Assembly (NCBI RefSeq): GCF_002113885.1
Contig: NW_018404833.1
Coordinates: forward strand, 463,235-527,234
DNA: 64,000 bases
Direction of reading: 5' to 3'
Source: Mizuhopecten yessoensis
Taxonomy: Eukaryota
Shown: in pieces, positions 13,581 to 27,789 of the stretch
How the letters are laid out: each line of letters opens with the position of its first letter
Numbering within the stretch: position 1 is the stretch's first letter
Notes under the pieces: model-generated
Database searches by the model: none
What the model was told of the DNA's origin: nothing
What the model saw: the letters and a program-made list of their open reading frames with translations, nothing else
Position numbers and translations under genes: made by a program

Positions 13581-16500
13581 TACGCTCAGTTTTTTGTGTT
13601 ATACATGTATCTCCATAACATAAACTTCAAGTTAATCCTTAAATACTGCAATCTCTTTCTGCTCGCAACGCCGCATGAGATTACTTTTCGCGTTAAAAAC
13701 AAGGAGACTGGTTTGAATTTCAATCTTCCACGAATATTTATTCCAATAATAGTAATAATCAATATTGAAAAAAAGTTTTGTTTCAATTGCAAATTGAGTA
13801 TTCACGAATCAACCCTATAAATTATACGCGAAAATATACCTATAGTGGCAATCAAGACGTCACGTGTGGTTTAATAATGACGTTACAGGCTAGACCAAGA
13901 CGTGATGAAAAATACTTAGAAGATTACATCGTTGAAATATGACGATGGTTAAATAACAGATTTATCGTATATTTTTGTTTCGGGGTAGAAAGGATCTATC
14001 ACGGAACATCATTGTCTCGGTACATGTAATTGTTGGGATGGAACTACACGTTGTTCCGGAAACATGATGACGAAAGATCACCGGGACAGTCGACAAACCA
14101 ACGTACTCAAAAAGGTTCCGGAGCATGACTAAATCTACGGTATCACGCGTGTGTCCTACACATTTCTCTAGTCGTATGCACGGGGGTTTCATGTTCACCA
14201 GCCCGGCCCTAATTCTAATCCCCTTCACTCGGTACCTTTATGTAAAATATGTGTTCTATTTGGAGTAAGTGTTTTGTTGAGTTTGTTTTACGTATGTCGT
14301 TTTAAATTATAGCTGAAATAATAGTACAAAAAAATAATTAATGATATTATGGAAAACACCGATGTTTTGCTTAAATATTTTGTCAGGAGAATAGTTTATT
14401 ATGCTGACATTTTTATTTTGCAAAAACATTGAACCTTGTAACTTTGTTTTGGGAAAGGGCGTTAATAATGGCGTGATAAAATTTGCCTGTAATTTGTGGC
14501 AAATCTGTAATGTTTTCGACCTGATTTGTTACGTCCCCAAACTATGTGTTGTTCAGCAGACTGTGTTACAGAACACCTGTCACCACAGAGCTGCCAAACA
14601 ACGCAATTACTGATTATCATATCATTGTTCAGGACGAGGTCTACGGCAAAATTGCTCAATGTTAAAATAAGTTATCACTAGTGTATAATATAAAACCGAC
14701 GTATGTCCCAATAAACAGTATTATAATGACTGTTGATAAGTCAAACCAAAGGTTGCTATAGCGACTGACTGATGTAAGTAGTTCGAGCCGTGACGAGCTT
14801 AACAAGAGATGTCTCGATAACTACAAATGGAAAATTTGATTATCTCCCCTTATTAGTGAATCTTCCAGTGCACTGTTCTAATTTCCCTAATTGTGTGGAA
14901 TGTATATCACAAATTCAGCTACCAAATGTACTAAAGGTTAAACAATGCAAGTCTAAATCATTATTTGCAACTTAATAATGCCATTCTCAAAGTGAATTAA
15001 GCCGTTCAGCACGATTATATCAAATGCCGTGACATAACAGCCTAAAAAGATCAATATACATCCACAAGAAAACAATATAGAGTGTCCCTTAATATTGGTA
15101 CTCTCTTTGTACCTACATACATTTCGGCTAAAGTACAGAATACCGTGTGACGTTTCAACACTTATAAATACTAATGACTTTAAGTACACAAATGTCAACA
15201 ATTGTCTAGTTCAGCGATCTCTGTCGTGTAAAGCGTAGTTGGACATTCGGGTTGTGAACTTGGAACTATATTCTGTTAGTGTATGTGTTACTGTTCTGTA
15301 ATAGACCTTGATCACGGACTTTGACAACGTAATCGATCTAACAATAGCACGTATGAGCGCGTGAATGTATGCACTAGTTCATCACGATCGCGTAGTAATT
15401 TCTGAGTGGTCAATCAGACGACCGTTAACCGACAACAAAAGTCGCGTGAGGTTTATAAAGCATCCTGGTGACAGTAGAATATCGTCTTGATAAATCGGAT
15501 TATCCATAAAGCCCATTCCTATGTTTACAAGTAACTAGTGTATATTATATTTGTCAAGAAAATGAGATCAGTAATTTGTCGTCGAGATTATGAATGGAGC
15601 AGGGCACGGGACTTCTGTTTTCTCTCACCTTTGAAAGATGTATTTACAGAAGCCCAAACAGGTCACAGAGAAAATAATACTTCAACATAATAAGGACATT
15701 ATTACCTAAAACCCGTGAAAACAGCTGCTCTTCTAGTAAAATTGTAAACTGACTGCACATTTCTCATTTGTATATGAAGCCCGGATGACAATTGTTAATG
15801 GCGTCAATGACCCTGACTGACCCCAAAACGTCATAAAATGACTAAACGAACAAAAGCTTGACCCCGAAAGGTCACTATAATTCCCCTGTTATTAATCTCG
15901 TATTGAAGACCTACTCTCTCGTCGTAGTGTCAAAAACGGTATAACGAGATACTTTGTAGTCGTTATAACGACATTCTGTTCTGATGCGTAACACCCTAAG
16001 ATGTAGACATGCTGCACGCGCTGAACAGGGAACAGGAATTACCTTTTAAGGTTACAGTTATAACATGTGACTACATGTAATATGCTTATATAACACTTAA
16101 TGTTCGATGTGTTCAACAGTGTTCGTATACTTGTTTTTCCGGGGGACTGTATTTTGCACACTTGTATTGCGTTACGCGTCGCAGTCACATCTCATACAGC
16201 CTTGACTAAGCCTTCTCATGTCCGGAAAATATTGATATGGTAATTGATACAAGAAAAGCCTCGGACTGGACAGTTTTAAAGAATAACTAAGGAACGTTTA
16301 TGCTGATGTTTAAATGGCAAACAGAACACGGGATTTTATTATATCACGATCTGAATTCAATCTAAATCTCTAGAAATGTAAATTGTACGAAATACATGTA
16401 TTGATGTTAAAGGATGGCAGCAAACTTAACTATCTACTATTACCTCGTCACTATTAAAACATATTTGCTTTAAGTCCTTTTAAACCAAAATGCATTCCAT

Positions 16501-18363
16501 AATATTCACATGTTGTGATGCAATCAGTTACATGTTTGAAAAAAGAAATAAGAAAACAGAAAAATCTGCCTGAGTCGAACTCTGGACTCTTATATTGCAA
16601 AGCTTTAACACTTAACGAATGTTGCCATCTAGGGATGATACAAATGCAGGGCATCGGTATGAGTGTCAATATGTGGGTGGCAAAGACTTCAAAAACAAAG
16701 AATTTGTCAGGAGCGTTACTCTAAGCCAGAAAAAAACTCCTTTAGTTTGTTTAATCATTCATATAAAGGGAGAATACTATACTCCAGGTCAGAGAATCTA
16801 TGAGTGGGACTCTTCTTAACAATTATAATTGATGCAGAGATACATGCACCCTTAACCTTATTCTGCTAATAAGATAGAAATAAAATGTAAATTAGAGGAC
16901 AGTTCAGTAGGGGTCGCCCACGTGCTGTCTGCGTGATCGGCCGGAAGTTCTAGTCATATTGATGGACTTGTCTGTTCTATTGTGTCTATATTAAGTATTA
17001 CACGTCAATGGAGACTGGTTATTTTACAATAAGTTTGGTGATGCTGACGTATTTGTGCGCGGAAACATCACAGTCTGCCTCCAGGTTGGGTATCACATAC
17101 TAATTGCGAGCGTTTGGGGACAAGTTGATGCGGAATCATATATAGAGACGCTGTTTCTATTTCATTTGTATACATAACCATGTACCGCCAGTAATTAAGT
17201 CTGAACTGCCGAAATTGTCGTATTTGTTGAACAACGTAACGCTGAAAGCGATTAACCAATGTATCTCGGTGGGCGTACCGGTTTGATGATTCAAATAACA
17301 AATGCCATCATTACTGGAGAGCACGCCATTATCATGTATAATTGTCGAGCGGGCATGTGTTACGGCTTGTTCTATAAGGTGATCAAACATAGGTCGTTAT
17401 ATTGATGGTAAATCAGAGAAACAGAACATCGCTATAATGGCCGTTCGGAATGCGTTTACATTGTCTAAAACTGACCTATAAATGTAGATTTCACTTTGGT
17501 TCGGACTTTTGGTGTCGACAAGGGAGCGACACTATAGCATGCGCTCTATAGCAGCAGCTTTGTGTAGAGCTAAATGTAATAATTAACAATGGCGGAGTTC
17601 AGAGGACATTCGCTGGAACAAAACCACATGACTCCTGTCAGCGTCTTGTCCCCCGAGATTCAACTAATGCCAATATCGTCCACTTTTAAAGAATTAATAA
17701 AAATAGAGATAATTCAACCTCAATCTCGTGGGAGTTATGTCTATGTTACCAAAATATCGTTTGTTGCCTCGAGTCTCGCGAGAACAATGCAGAAGCGCTA
17801 GTCTCTGCTAGGTCTCTTTTGTGACGTCACGAAGTGACTTCTGGTTTGGCTTTGCAATTAGACACGACCGTTAAAACATGAATGTAGTTTTGCAAATAGC
17901 TCTCGGCGCTCGATTATAATATGAATTTGTTATCAGTAATAGATATGCCCTTTTATATCTTTCCTATACTGCGGTCAAAGAGTACTTACATTATAAAACA
18001 GCCACCTATTCAACATTAACACGAATATTTTAAAATATTTCAATTCCTACTCATGTTGGACTCAATGTAATTACCAAATGTAACCTGTTTCATTTGCCCA
18101 TGAAATTGACCAGCCTAAAATGTACTGCGCGTTTGAATAACGCAGCAGAAAATGTCGTATTTAATCTTATGAACGTAACAAAAATTAAATATGACATTTA
18201 AAATTTGTATTTTGGTATTGTTTCTATGTTATTTGGATGTATTGAACTGCCAGTGTACATCATCCTGTTGTATGGTGGTCCTTCAATTACGGATTGTATT
18301 TTTTTAAATCAACTTTCTCAGGGTCCCAATACCCATTTATGACATACTCGCTCTGTTACAGAA

Positions 18364-19798
18364 ATGACGACGATGGTGCCTCACGTGATGCTTGTTCTTT
18401 TCCTGGTTTGCGGGGCGGGTCTCGCCCAAGGCAATCCTGTGCTTGCCAATCCTTACATCATTCAATTTCTTCCTCTGCAGGATCGCTGTCTATTCATCTG
18501 CAACATTTGTTTCGACAAACAAGTAAGTTGTAACGCCTTTGAAAAGACCTTCGTCTAGTTTCCATTTAGTATATAATATTACAAAACCTTAATTATTCAT
18601 CTTTAAAATGCAGTGAATTGTTCGACTTGTCTTCTATGTCATATTTGCCGGAAATGATTTTATAAAACCTCGCTCATATCACCACGTGATCTTCTATATG
18701 CTAATGTTGGTAATCTTAATTTCTGTAAAGGTTCCTCGTTTTATAAATTTGAAACCCTTGTAGAATCTACTTGTTTCGTTGCTCGACCTTGAACATTTTC
18801 TATTGCTAGTACATGCCTTTCTAAATTTGGGCACCAAACTTGATTTGCATACTCAATTAAAAGTATGGATGTTCGGTAAACGTTCCTCCAGGGTGTAGTT
18901 GAATCTATCAATGTTTGTATTTCCCACGTGCATCATTTTACGGATTGAAGTGTAGCTACCAGGTGTCTGGCCATTTTGTTAAAAATGAAAAGACGTCTAC
19001 CGTAGAACGTCGCAATCTTGTTTTAAATTTGTTGATCTAAAAGCTTTTGAATCATCAGCGAAAAGGTAAGTATCCGTTAACAGTTGGCATATCATTAATG
19101 TTTAATTAAAAGAGGTAGTTCTAACACTGATCCCTGTGGAATACCGCTTATTAGGGAATGGTCCAGCAATACCATATTTTGCGAGTTTATATATCAATCA
19201 AATGCAGATTCAGATTCTTATTGTCCTTGTGTTTTACAACACATCAGAGAAAAGACATAAACTATACTGTATTTACAAAACAATACAATGACATACACAA
19301 TAGTATACATGTACATTATGAAAAGTAGTCGATAAACAGTCTTGGTCTTGGAAAACATAGCGAAGCAAAATAGGGCAATGCTTTAAAAATTCTCCATCGG
19401 TTTCGTACCCTTTTCATCATCAGATTGTGCAATCGTATTGAGACTTGTGGCGATAAAAAAAAAGTTGACGCAAGGGCATGCAAATGGAAGGAACGACAAC
19501 TATGATTGCAGTTGGTTTTAAGACATCTACATTACAATATTAATATTGAATGTCACATGATTTGCATTGTTATCTGAAGATCATGTAAAATACTTGTACT
19601 AATAATATTCTCACTAGTGTAGCCCACGTGAAATTTGTATCATTTCAGATTCCATTGATGGGGGTTTGTGCCAACACCGTTTGTCCGAAAATCAGTAAAA
19701 GCTTCTTTGAAGTCAATCAGTGGATCTCAAAACGGTGTCAAAACTACGAAAGTCTGCAAGCCGCCTTCTTTCCTCAAGACACACAGGTTCAGCTTTAG
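18364..19798 (+). CDS. Secreted 6-Cys neuropeptide precursor, eclosion-hormone-like (102 aa; exons 18364-18522 and 19649-19798)
   Basis: An acceptor ttacag sits 2 nt before the ATG. Signal peptide MTTMVPHVMLVLFLVCGAGLAQG. Donor caa|gtaagt at 18523 and acceptor catttcag| at 19648, phase 0. Mature peptide NPVLANPYIIQFLPLQDRCLFICNICFDKQIPLMGVCANTVCPKISKSFFEVNQWISKRCQNYESLQAAFFPQDTQVQL. AATAAA near 20334 and 20514. Confidence 0.82.
18640..19155 (-). mobile_element. Degenerate CR1-type LINE reverse transcriptase fragment inside the neuropeptide gene intron
   Basis: Minus strand gives SGIPQGSVL, INDMP, YLFADDSK and LRLPTLAYRRSRGDM, with frameshifts and stops. Confidence 0.8.
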
Positions 19799-20676
19799 AC
19801 CAACGAGAACGAGGCTTTGCCAGAATGAGGCTGTGTATTTCCCGATTGATCTCACCTTCTCATTACATAAAAAACCCGTTTTCCTTAAAGGAAATCTTAG
19901 TGCATTACTATACGAAAAGTCTTAAAACAATGTACCCCAATAGTCCGGAAACCGCGCTTCCGAGGAACTCAATAACATTTCAGTGGCTTTTCCCTTCTCA
20001 TTAATCCGGAGAGGGAAACCAAAGTGATCGATGAACAAAGTTCTTCAGTATATTTAGAACTTTAATTTTAGTTAAATGTGTAGAAAAATGGATACCCGTT
20101 GTAATGGTAAATGGCGTTTTGTGGAAAACACAAGACATACAGTTTTTCACAATCTTATTTGTTGGAGGATTGGTGATAAATAAGAAATTGTCAGACAAAT
20201 CAGACAAAGATTATTATTCGATTACATTTATACATCAATGAACTGATTTGTTCTAAAGGTATGAATTGTTGCCGAACAAATTATTCGGCTATGTAAACGA
20301 TATAAAGAGTAGAAGCGCGAGCTCAAATATGACAATAAAATCCAACTCGAACAATACTTAACTTATTAAGAGCTTCACAAATGGAGGCGTTGTTTCATTT
20401 GGCAATTTGTATGTTTATATGAAATAGAAAATGTACGGGTTTAAGTTGATCAATTTTCGTGTACGAAATATATGCTACGTCACGTGTATTTCCTTTCAAA
20501 AAGGCTTCATACTAATAAACATTATGTTTTGAATGGGAATGTGAACTTTGGTGATTAATTAAAGATTTATTTGCAAGGTCAATAGAACACGTAAAAATGG
20601 TTTGTTGAAGGTTTAAAACATTTTAAACAAATAAGGGGACAATTAAATTGTGACCATGATATATGTGTCAGGCGGC

Positions 20677-23600
20677 ATACATCCTTAACCCCAAAACAGA
20701 TCACACGTACCCTGTGTAAGGTAACATACATCCTTAACCCCAATACAGATCACACGTATACCGTGTAAGGTAACATACATCCTTAATCCCAATACAGATC
20801 ACACGTATACCGTGTAAGGTGGCGTACATCCTTAACCCTAATATAGATCACACGTATACCGTGTAAAGTAACATACATCCTTAACCCCAATACAGATCAC
20901 ACGTATACCGTGTAAGGTAACTTACATCCTTAAACCAAATACAGGTAACACGTATACCGTGAAAGGAAACATACATCCTTAATCCCAATACAGATCACTC
21001 GAATACCGTGTAAGGTAGCGTACATCCTTAACCCTAATACAGATCACACGTATACCGTGTAAGGTAACATACATCCTTAAACCAAATACAGGTCACACGT
21101 ATACCGTGTAAGGTAACATACATCCTTAACCCCCAATACAGATCACACGTACCATGTGTAAGGTAACATACATCCTTAACCCCAATACAGATCACACGTA
21201 TACCGTGTAAGGTAACATACATCTTTAACCCCAATACAGGTCACACGTAAACCGTGTAAGGTAACATACAGTTGTGGGATCGCACAACGTTACACGATGT
21301 GCGGTGTGCGCACGATGTGTGCACGGTGTGTGAACGATGTGTGCACGATGTGCGAACGATAAAAATCTGGGCGATCAAATCTTGCGCACATTTGTGTGCA
21401 CGACGGACGAACGTTGTGCGATAACAATCGTGGTTGGTGCAAATTGAGGAATGCCTTAACAATATATACGGTTTCGTGTTTAAACATATAAACCTGATTT
21501 TTACGTATGTTTCTATATTCTACCTACACCTATAAACTTATCTTTATATCTATACTTTCTTAAATTTAGAAATTGTGTTTTTGGTATTTTTTAAAAGACC
21601 TTAATCGACACCTGTGAAATCACAACACAGTCCCGTATACAGGTAAACATAGCCACTAGCCGTCTACATGTACCTGGACGGTAGTTTTCCCCCGCCCGGG
21701 GCGCTTACGTACTTCGTCGGGTAGGGCCAGGGGTGTGAAAACACAGGTGAAGGGGAGCTATAGGCAAACCGAATGCAAATAACAAATACTAAACGTCCAG
21801 CTGTGTTTTCATTACGGTTATACGGTATCGCATATCAGCTCTATGTGTCAGGGACAGGCCCGGTCAAACCCCGGTAACTCATCAAATTGTTAATTACATA
21901 TTCTGTTACCTGGGCGCGAAACCCATTCTTGACAGGCTAACGGTCACTGTAATACTGTGTTACACGCATTGTACAACTACATAATCTTCATTACTTTGAT
22001 GAGATATTACAATAATACATACAGTTTCCATTATTGCATACGAGCTTTCCGTATTTTTTTCATTCCGTAATATTGATCTACAAGTTGTACCCAATCGCCC
22101 CGGTGTGCGGAGAGAAGCACACAACGGGGGGAACGATTGTTAAATCGCACAGTTGTGCGCACCATGTGTGGACGATGTGCGGACGGTGTGTGAACGATGT
22201 ATGCACGGTGTGCGCACGCTATTTTTGGTGCGTTGTGCGGTCACACAACTGTACATCCTTAACCCCAACACAGATCACACGTATACCTTGTAAGGTAACA
22301 TACATCCTTAACCCCAATACAGGTCACACATATACCGTGTAAGGTAACATACATCCTTAACCCCAATGCAGGTCACACGTATACCGTGTAAGGTAACGTA
22401 CATCCTTAACCCCAATACAGATCACACGAATACCGTGTAAGGTAACATACATCCTTAACAACACAGATCACACGTATACCTTGTAAGGAAACATACATCC
22501 TTAACCCCAATACAGATCACACGTACTCTGTATAAGGTAACATACATCCATACATCTTTAACCCCAATACAGGTCACACGTATACCGTGTAAGGTAACGT
22601 ACATCCTTAACCCCAATACAGATCACACGTACTCTGTATAAGGTAACATAAATCCTTAACCCCAATACAGATCACACGTACTCTGTATAAGGTAACATAA
22701 ATCCTTAACCCCAATACAGATCACACGTACTCTGTATAAGGTAACATAAATCCTTAACCCCAATACAGATCACACGTACCCAGTGTTTGGTAACATACAT
22801 CCTTAACCCCAATGCAGGTCACACGTATACCGTGTAAGGTAACGTACATCCTTAACCCCAATACAGATCACACGTACTCTGTATAAGGTAACATACATCC
22901 ATACATCTTTAACCCCAATACAGGTCACACGTATACCGTGTAAGGGAACATACATCCTTAACCCCAATACAGATCACTCGTATACCGTGTAAGGTAACAT
23001 ACATCCTAAACCCCAATACAGATCACACGTATACCGTGTAAGGTAACATACATCCTAAACCCCAATACAGATCACACGTACCCTGTATAAGGTAACATAC
23101 ATCCTTAACCCCAATACAGATCACACGTATACCGTGTAAGGTAACATACATCCTTAAACCAAATACAGGTCACACGTATACCGTGTAAGGTAAAATACAT
23201 CCTTAACCCCAATACAGATCACACGAATACCGTGTAAGGTAACATACATCCTTAACCCCCATACAGATCACACTTACCCCGTGTAAGGTAACATACATCC
23301 TTAACCCCAATACAGATCACACTTGCCCCGTTTAAGGTAACATACATCCTTAATCCCAATACAGATCACACGTATACCGTGTAAGGTAACATACATCCTT
23401 AACCCCAATACAGGTCACACGTATACCTTGTAAGGTAAAATACATCCTTAACCCCAATACAGATCACACGTACTCTGTATAAGGTAACATACATCCTTAA
23501 CCCCAATACAGGTAACACGTATACAGTGTAAGGTAACATACATCCTTAACCCCAACACAGATCACACTTACCCCGTGTAAGGTCACATACATCCTTAACC

Positions 23601-24318
23601 CCAATACAGATCGCGCTTGCCCCGTTTAAGGTAACATACATCCTTAATATACAGATCACACGTATACCGTGTAAGGAAACATACATCCTTAACCCCAATA
23701 CAGAACACACGTATACCGTGTAAGGTAACATATATCCTTAACCCCAATACAGATCACACGTACTCTGTATAAGGTAACATACATCCTTAACCCCCATACA
23801 GATCACACTTACCCCGTGTAAGGTCACATACATCCTTAACCCCAATACAGGTCACACGTATACCTTGTAAGGTAAAATACATCCTTAACCCCAATACAGA
23901 TCACACGTATATCGTGTAAGGTAACATACATCCTTAACCCTAATTCAGATCACACGTATACCGTGTAAGGAAACATACATCCTTAACCCCAATACAGGTA
24001 ACACGTATACAGTGTAAGGTAACATACATCCTTAACCCTAATTCAGATCACACGTATACCGTGTAAGGAAACATACATCCTTAACCCCAATACAGATCGC
24101 GCTTGCCCCGTTTAAGGTAACATACATCCTTAATCTCAATACAGATCACACGTATACCGTGTAACGTAACATTCATCCTTAACCCCAATACAGATCACAC
24201 GTATATCGTGTAAGGTAACATACATCCTTAACCCTAATACAGATCACACGCATACCGTGTAAGTTGGCATACATCCTTTACTCCAATACAGATCACACGT
24301 ACCCCGTGTAAGGTAACA
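20677..24318. repeat. 49-bp satellite (about 54 copies) interrupted by a MITE
   Basis: Unit CATACATCCTTAACCCCAATACAGATCACACGTATACCGTGTAAGGTAA. Confidence 0.95.
21269..22251. mobile_element. Non-autonomous DNA transposon (Tc1/mariner-type TA TSD), 983 bp
   Basis: TIRs CAGTTGTGGGATCGCACAACG ... CGTTGTGCGGTCACACAACTG (19/21 match); TA duplicated at the satellite position AACA-TA-CATCC. Confidence 0.88.
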
Positions 24319-26241
24319 CCCTAGCACTGGGACGAACCGTGCACGCATACGTTTGGCGCATGTGATATTTTTTGGAATGTCACCCTGTCTTCTTTATCTT
24401 TGTAAAACGAGAAAGTAACATTGAAAATGTTCACATCTTTCTCAACCAATCAGATAACGAGATTTTAACAGAAGTTATAATAAACATCCTTAACCCTAAC
24501 GCAAATATCTTGTATAATACAGCATCTATCGTTAGCCATTTACTACCCTCAACCTTTACCATTACCGGTCAATGAAAAGTATTAAAAAAATTAAGAAATG
24601 TTTTTGAGACCGAATGTTTTATTTCATAAAACCACTAGTGGCAAATATCCATAAAGTTTAGAACTTATCAATTCGAAATCAGATATGTTATAATCCGATT
24701 GAGATCAGCTGTTCGGACGGACCACACCACCAGTAATACGTTGTAGACAGCAATCCACCAATCACCAGCAGCGGTCAAGAGCCGGCAAACTAGCACCAAA
24801 ATGACCAGTACAACTAACCGTGTGGATAGTTCTTTAAAATATAGATCTAAGAGAAAGCACCGGACACGACCAAATACCAGATATTGACCATTAGTTGTTC
24901 AATATCGACCAACTACATAAAGCTGACACACACAACACACATAACATCACCGGTCAAGTGTACATTGATGTATTTCTATTCTGACCATGACAACAAATAC
25001 GGGTAAATAAGGTGCAAACACCGAGGATATAATATATCTCAATGACGTCATTCCATCGACCATTCCATAATCGACAATCCGAGTCATTCTTTTCGGAGTA
25101 AGGGCCAAAGAATGTGAAATAGTGAACAATTAAGACTATTAAGTATTAAATACATGTTATGATATATGTTTGAGGAAAATATTACTTTAAATGTTAACTT
25201 GAAATACAAGTTTCCCTTACAATACTTTTTATTGTTTGCAGCGTATATTAGAGATTTAACAGAAAAGTTGATGGCGTTATAGGTTTTTTAATTTCCGCAT
25301 TAAGGAAAACAATATGAGAAACACAACGGTTTCCAGGTGTACCAAACGGTTAACAGATACGACCTAAAATATACGTGCGATGATGGGAGCCTTGGTAAAG
25401 AGCTCCTAAATGTACAGAATAAGGACCCGGCAGGAACAGTCTGCTTTAAGCTATAGATCTAACTCATTGTTACTTTGTATGTGTGTTAACTTTACATGAC
25501 TGTGTATTGAAACGAGATCGATCACAACCCAGCACTTCCGGTCGATTAATGTAAACATTACAATATGCAGTTTACAACATACAACTGTATCGTGCACACA
25601 GGTATTAATTATCTGACTGATTAGAGGTCATCAACACAAGGGGTGAACTATTGGGTGGAACAATACGAACATTAACTAATTGGTTCTAATTGCATTAAAA
25701 CTTACAATAAAATAACAACAAACCCCAAAAATATAAGCAAACAAAAACAAAACTAATTGAACACAACAAAAGGGCGTTAAAGGTGTATAACGTTTGACAG
25801 TGAACGGAAGACCCCAGTAAGACGATGGTGATGTCAAACAACAATACCTATAGGATCCTACATGAGTTTCCATTTCATATGAGATTTATAAACGAGTCTA
25901 AGAATTTTTCAATTTAACGAGCCTCTGGCGAGCTAAAATGAAAAATTCGTGACGAGTTTCATAAATTTCATGTGAAATGAAAACGAGGGTAAGATCCTTT
26001 TATCACATAATCAAGATTTGTGGCATTTATTCGTGTAAAACGACAATTTTTTATGTAACCTTGAGTGCGTAGGTCTATGACGTAATGTACAAATGTACTT
26101 GTCATAAATATAACGTGACGTCACAATTGAAACCAATCGAAACTAACAACCAATCAAAGGGATGAAAGGTCATATTACATGGGTTAATAGTCACTGGATA
26201 ACACAGTACATTATGTGATGAACCTACATACATTAGAACTC

Positions 26242-26386
26242 ATACAGTTACTTCGTAGATAGGTCGCTATACAGTTACTTCGTAGATAGGTCGCTATACA
26301 GTTACTTCGTAGATAGGTCGCTATACAGTTACTTCGTTGATAGGTCGCTATACAGTTACTTCGTAGATAGGTCGCTATACAGTTAT
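26242..26386. repeat. 27-bp minisatellite, about 5 copies
   Basis: ATACAGTTACTTCGTAGATAGGTCGCT. Confidence 0.9.
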
Positions 26387-26759
26387 CGGTACTCATGACT
26401 TCTCCCTTCTGTGAACATTGAAGCCATGACTGACCACCACTCTTTGGCACTGTTTATAATCGACGATACATGTCTCAGAAGGACAATAGAAGGCTGCAGC
26501 ATATCTCTATTCTAATTCTCTAAAATGAAATAAATACCAAAAACAACCTGTGGATTTCACATGCGCCGATTTAAGCGGGTTACAGGCGTCAGATGAATCA
26601 AAATCTTTTAGTTACACAATCAAGACCACCATTGGCAGAATTTTATTTTATTACAACAAAGATGATTCTTCCACAATCAAGTGTCACTATGTCTGTATCA
26701 AGAATAACGATCCTTACCCATTTCAGGTCGGCACACATTAGACATACTTTCTCGACTTC

Positions 26760-27745
26760 ATAGTCCGGATTGACGAAGTTCTACTGTAAACAGTACAGAT
26801 AAACGAGGTTCTATTGTATACAGTACCAATTAACGGAGTTATGTTGTACATAGTCCCGATTAACGAAGTTTTACTGCACACAGTACGAATTAACGAAGTT
26901 CTACTGTAAACAGTACAGATTAACGAAGTTCTACTACACCTAGTCCAGATTAACGAAGTTCTACTGTAAACAGTACAGATTAACGAAGTTCTACTGTAAA
27001 CAGTACAGATTAACGAAGTTCTACTACACCTAGTCCAGATTAACGAAGTTCTACTGTAAACAGTACAGATTAACGAAGTTCTACTGTAAACAGTACAGAT
27101 TAACGAAGTTCTACTACACCTAGTCCAGATTAACGAAGTTCTACTGTACCTAGTCCAGATTAACGAAGTTCTACTGTAAACAGTACAGATTAACGAAGTT
27201 CTACTGTACCTAGTCCAGATTAACGAAGTTCTACTGTAAACAGTACAGATTAACGAAGTTCTACTGTACCTAGTCCAGATTAACGAAGTTCTACTGTAAA
27301 CAGTACAGATTAACGAAGTTCTACTGTACCTAGTCCAGATTAACGAAGTTCTACTGTAAACAGTACAGATTAACGAAGTTCTACTGTACCTAGTCCAGAT
27401 TAACGAAGTTCTACTGTAAACAGTACAGATTAACGAAGTTCTACTGTACCTAGTCCAGATTAACGAAGTTCTACTGTAAACAGTACAGATTAACGAAGTT
27501 CTACTGTACCTAGTCCAGATTAACGAAGTTCTACTGTAAACAGTACAGATTAACGAAGTTCTACTGTACCTAGTCCAGATTAACGAAGTTCTACTGTAAA
27601 CAGTACAGATTAACGAAGTTCTACTGTAAACAGTACAGATTAACGAAGTTCTACTGTACCTAGTCCAGATTAACGAAGTTCTACTATACACAGTACGAAT
27701 TAAATGAAGCTCTTTAGTGTACACAATCTGGATTAACGAGGTTGT
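26760..27745. repeat. 30-bp satellite with alternating A/B variants (60-bp higher-order unit)
   Basis: CAGTACAGATTAACGAAGTTCTACTGTAAA alternating with TAGTCCAGATTAACGAAGTTCTACTGTACC. Confidence 0.95.
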
Positions 27746-27789
27746 CTATTCGCAGTCCGGATTAGTGAGGTTCGTCTTGATATAGTCAA

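Noticed and set aside
19668-20004. ORF-track ORFs 19668-19925 and 19720-20004
   Set aside because: Wrong frames overlapping the true second exon and 3' UTR of the EH-like gene.
26738-27724. 328-aa ORF (YSRTSLICTV repeats)
   Set aside because: Stop-free frame of a 30-bp satellite with no other coding evidence.
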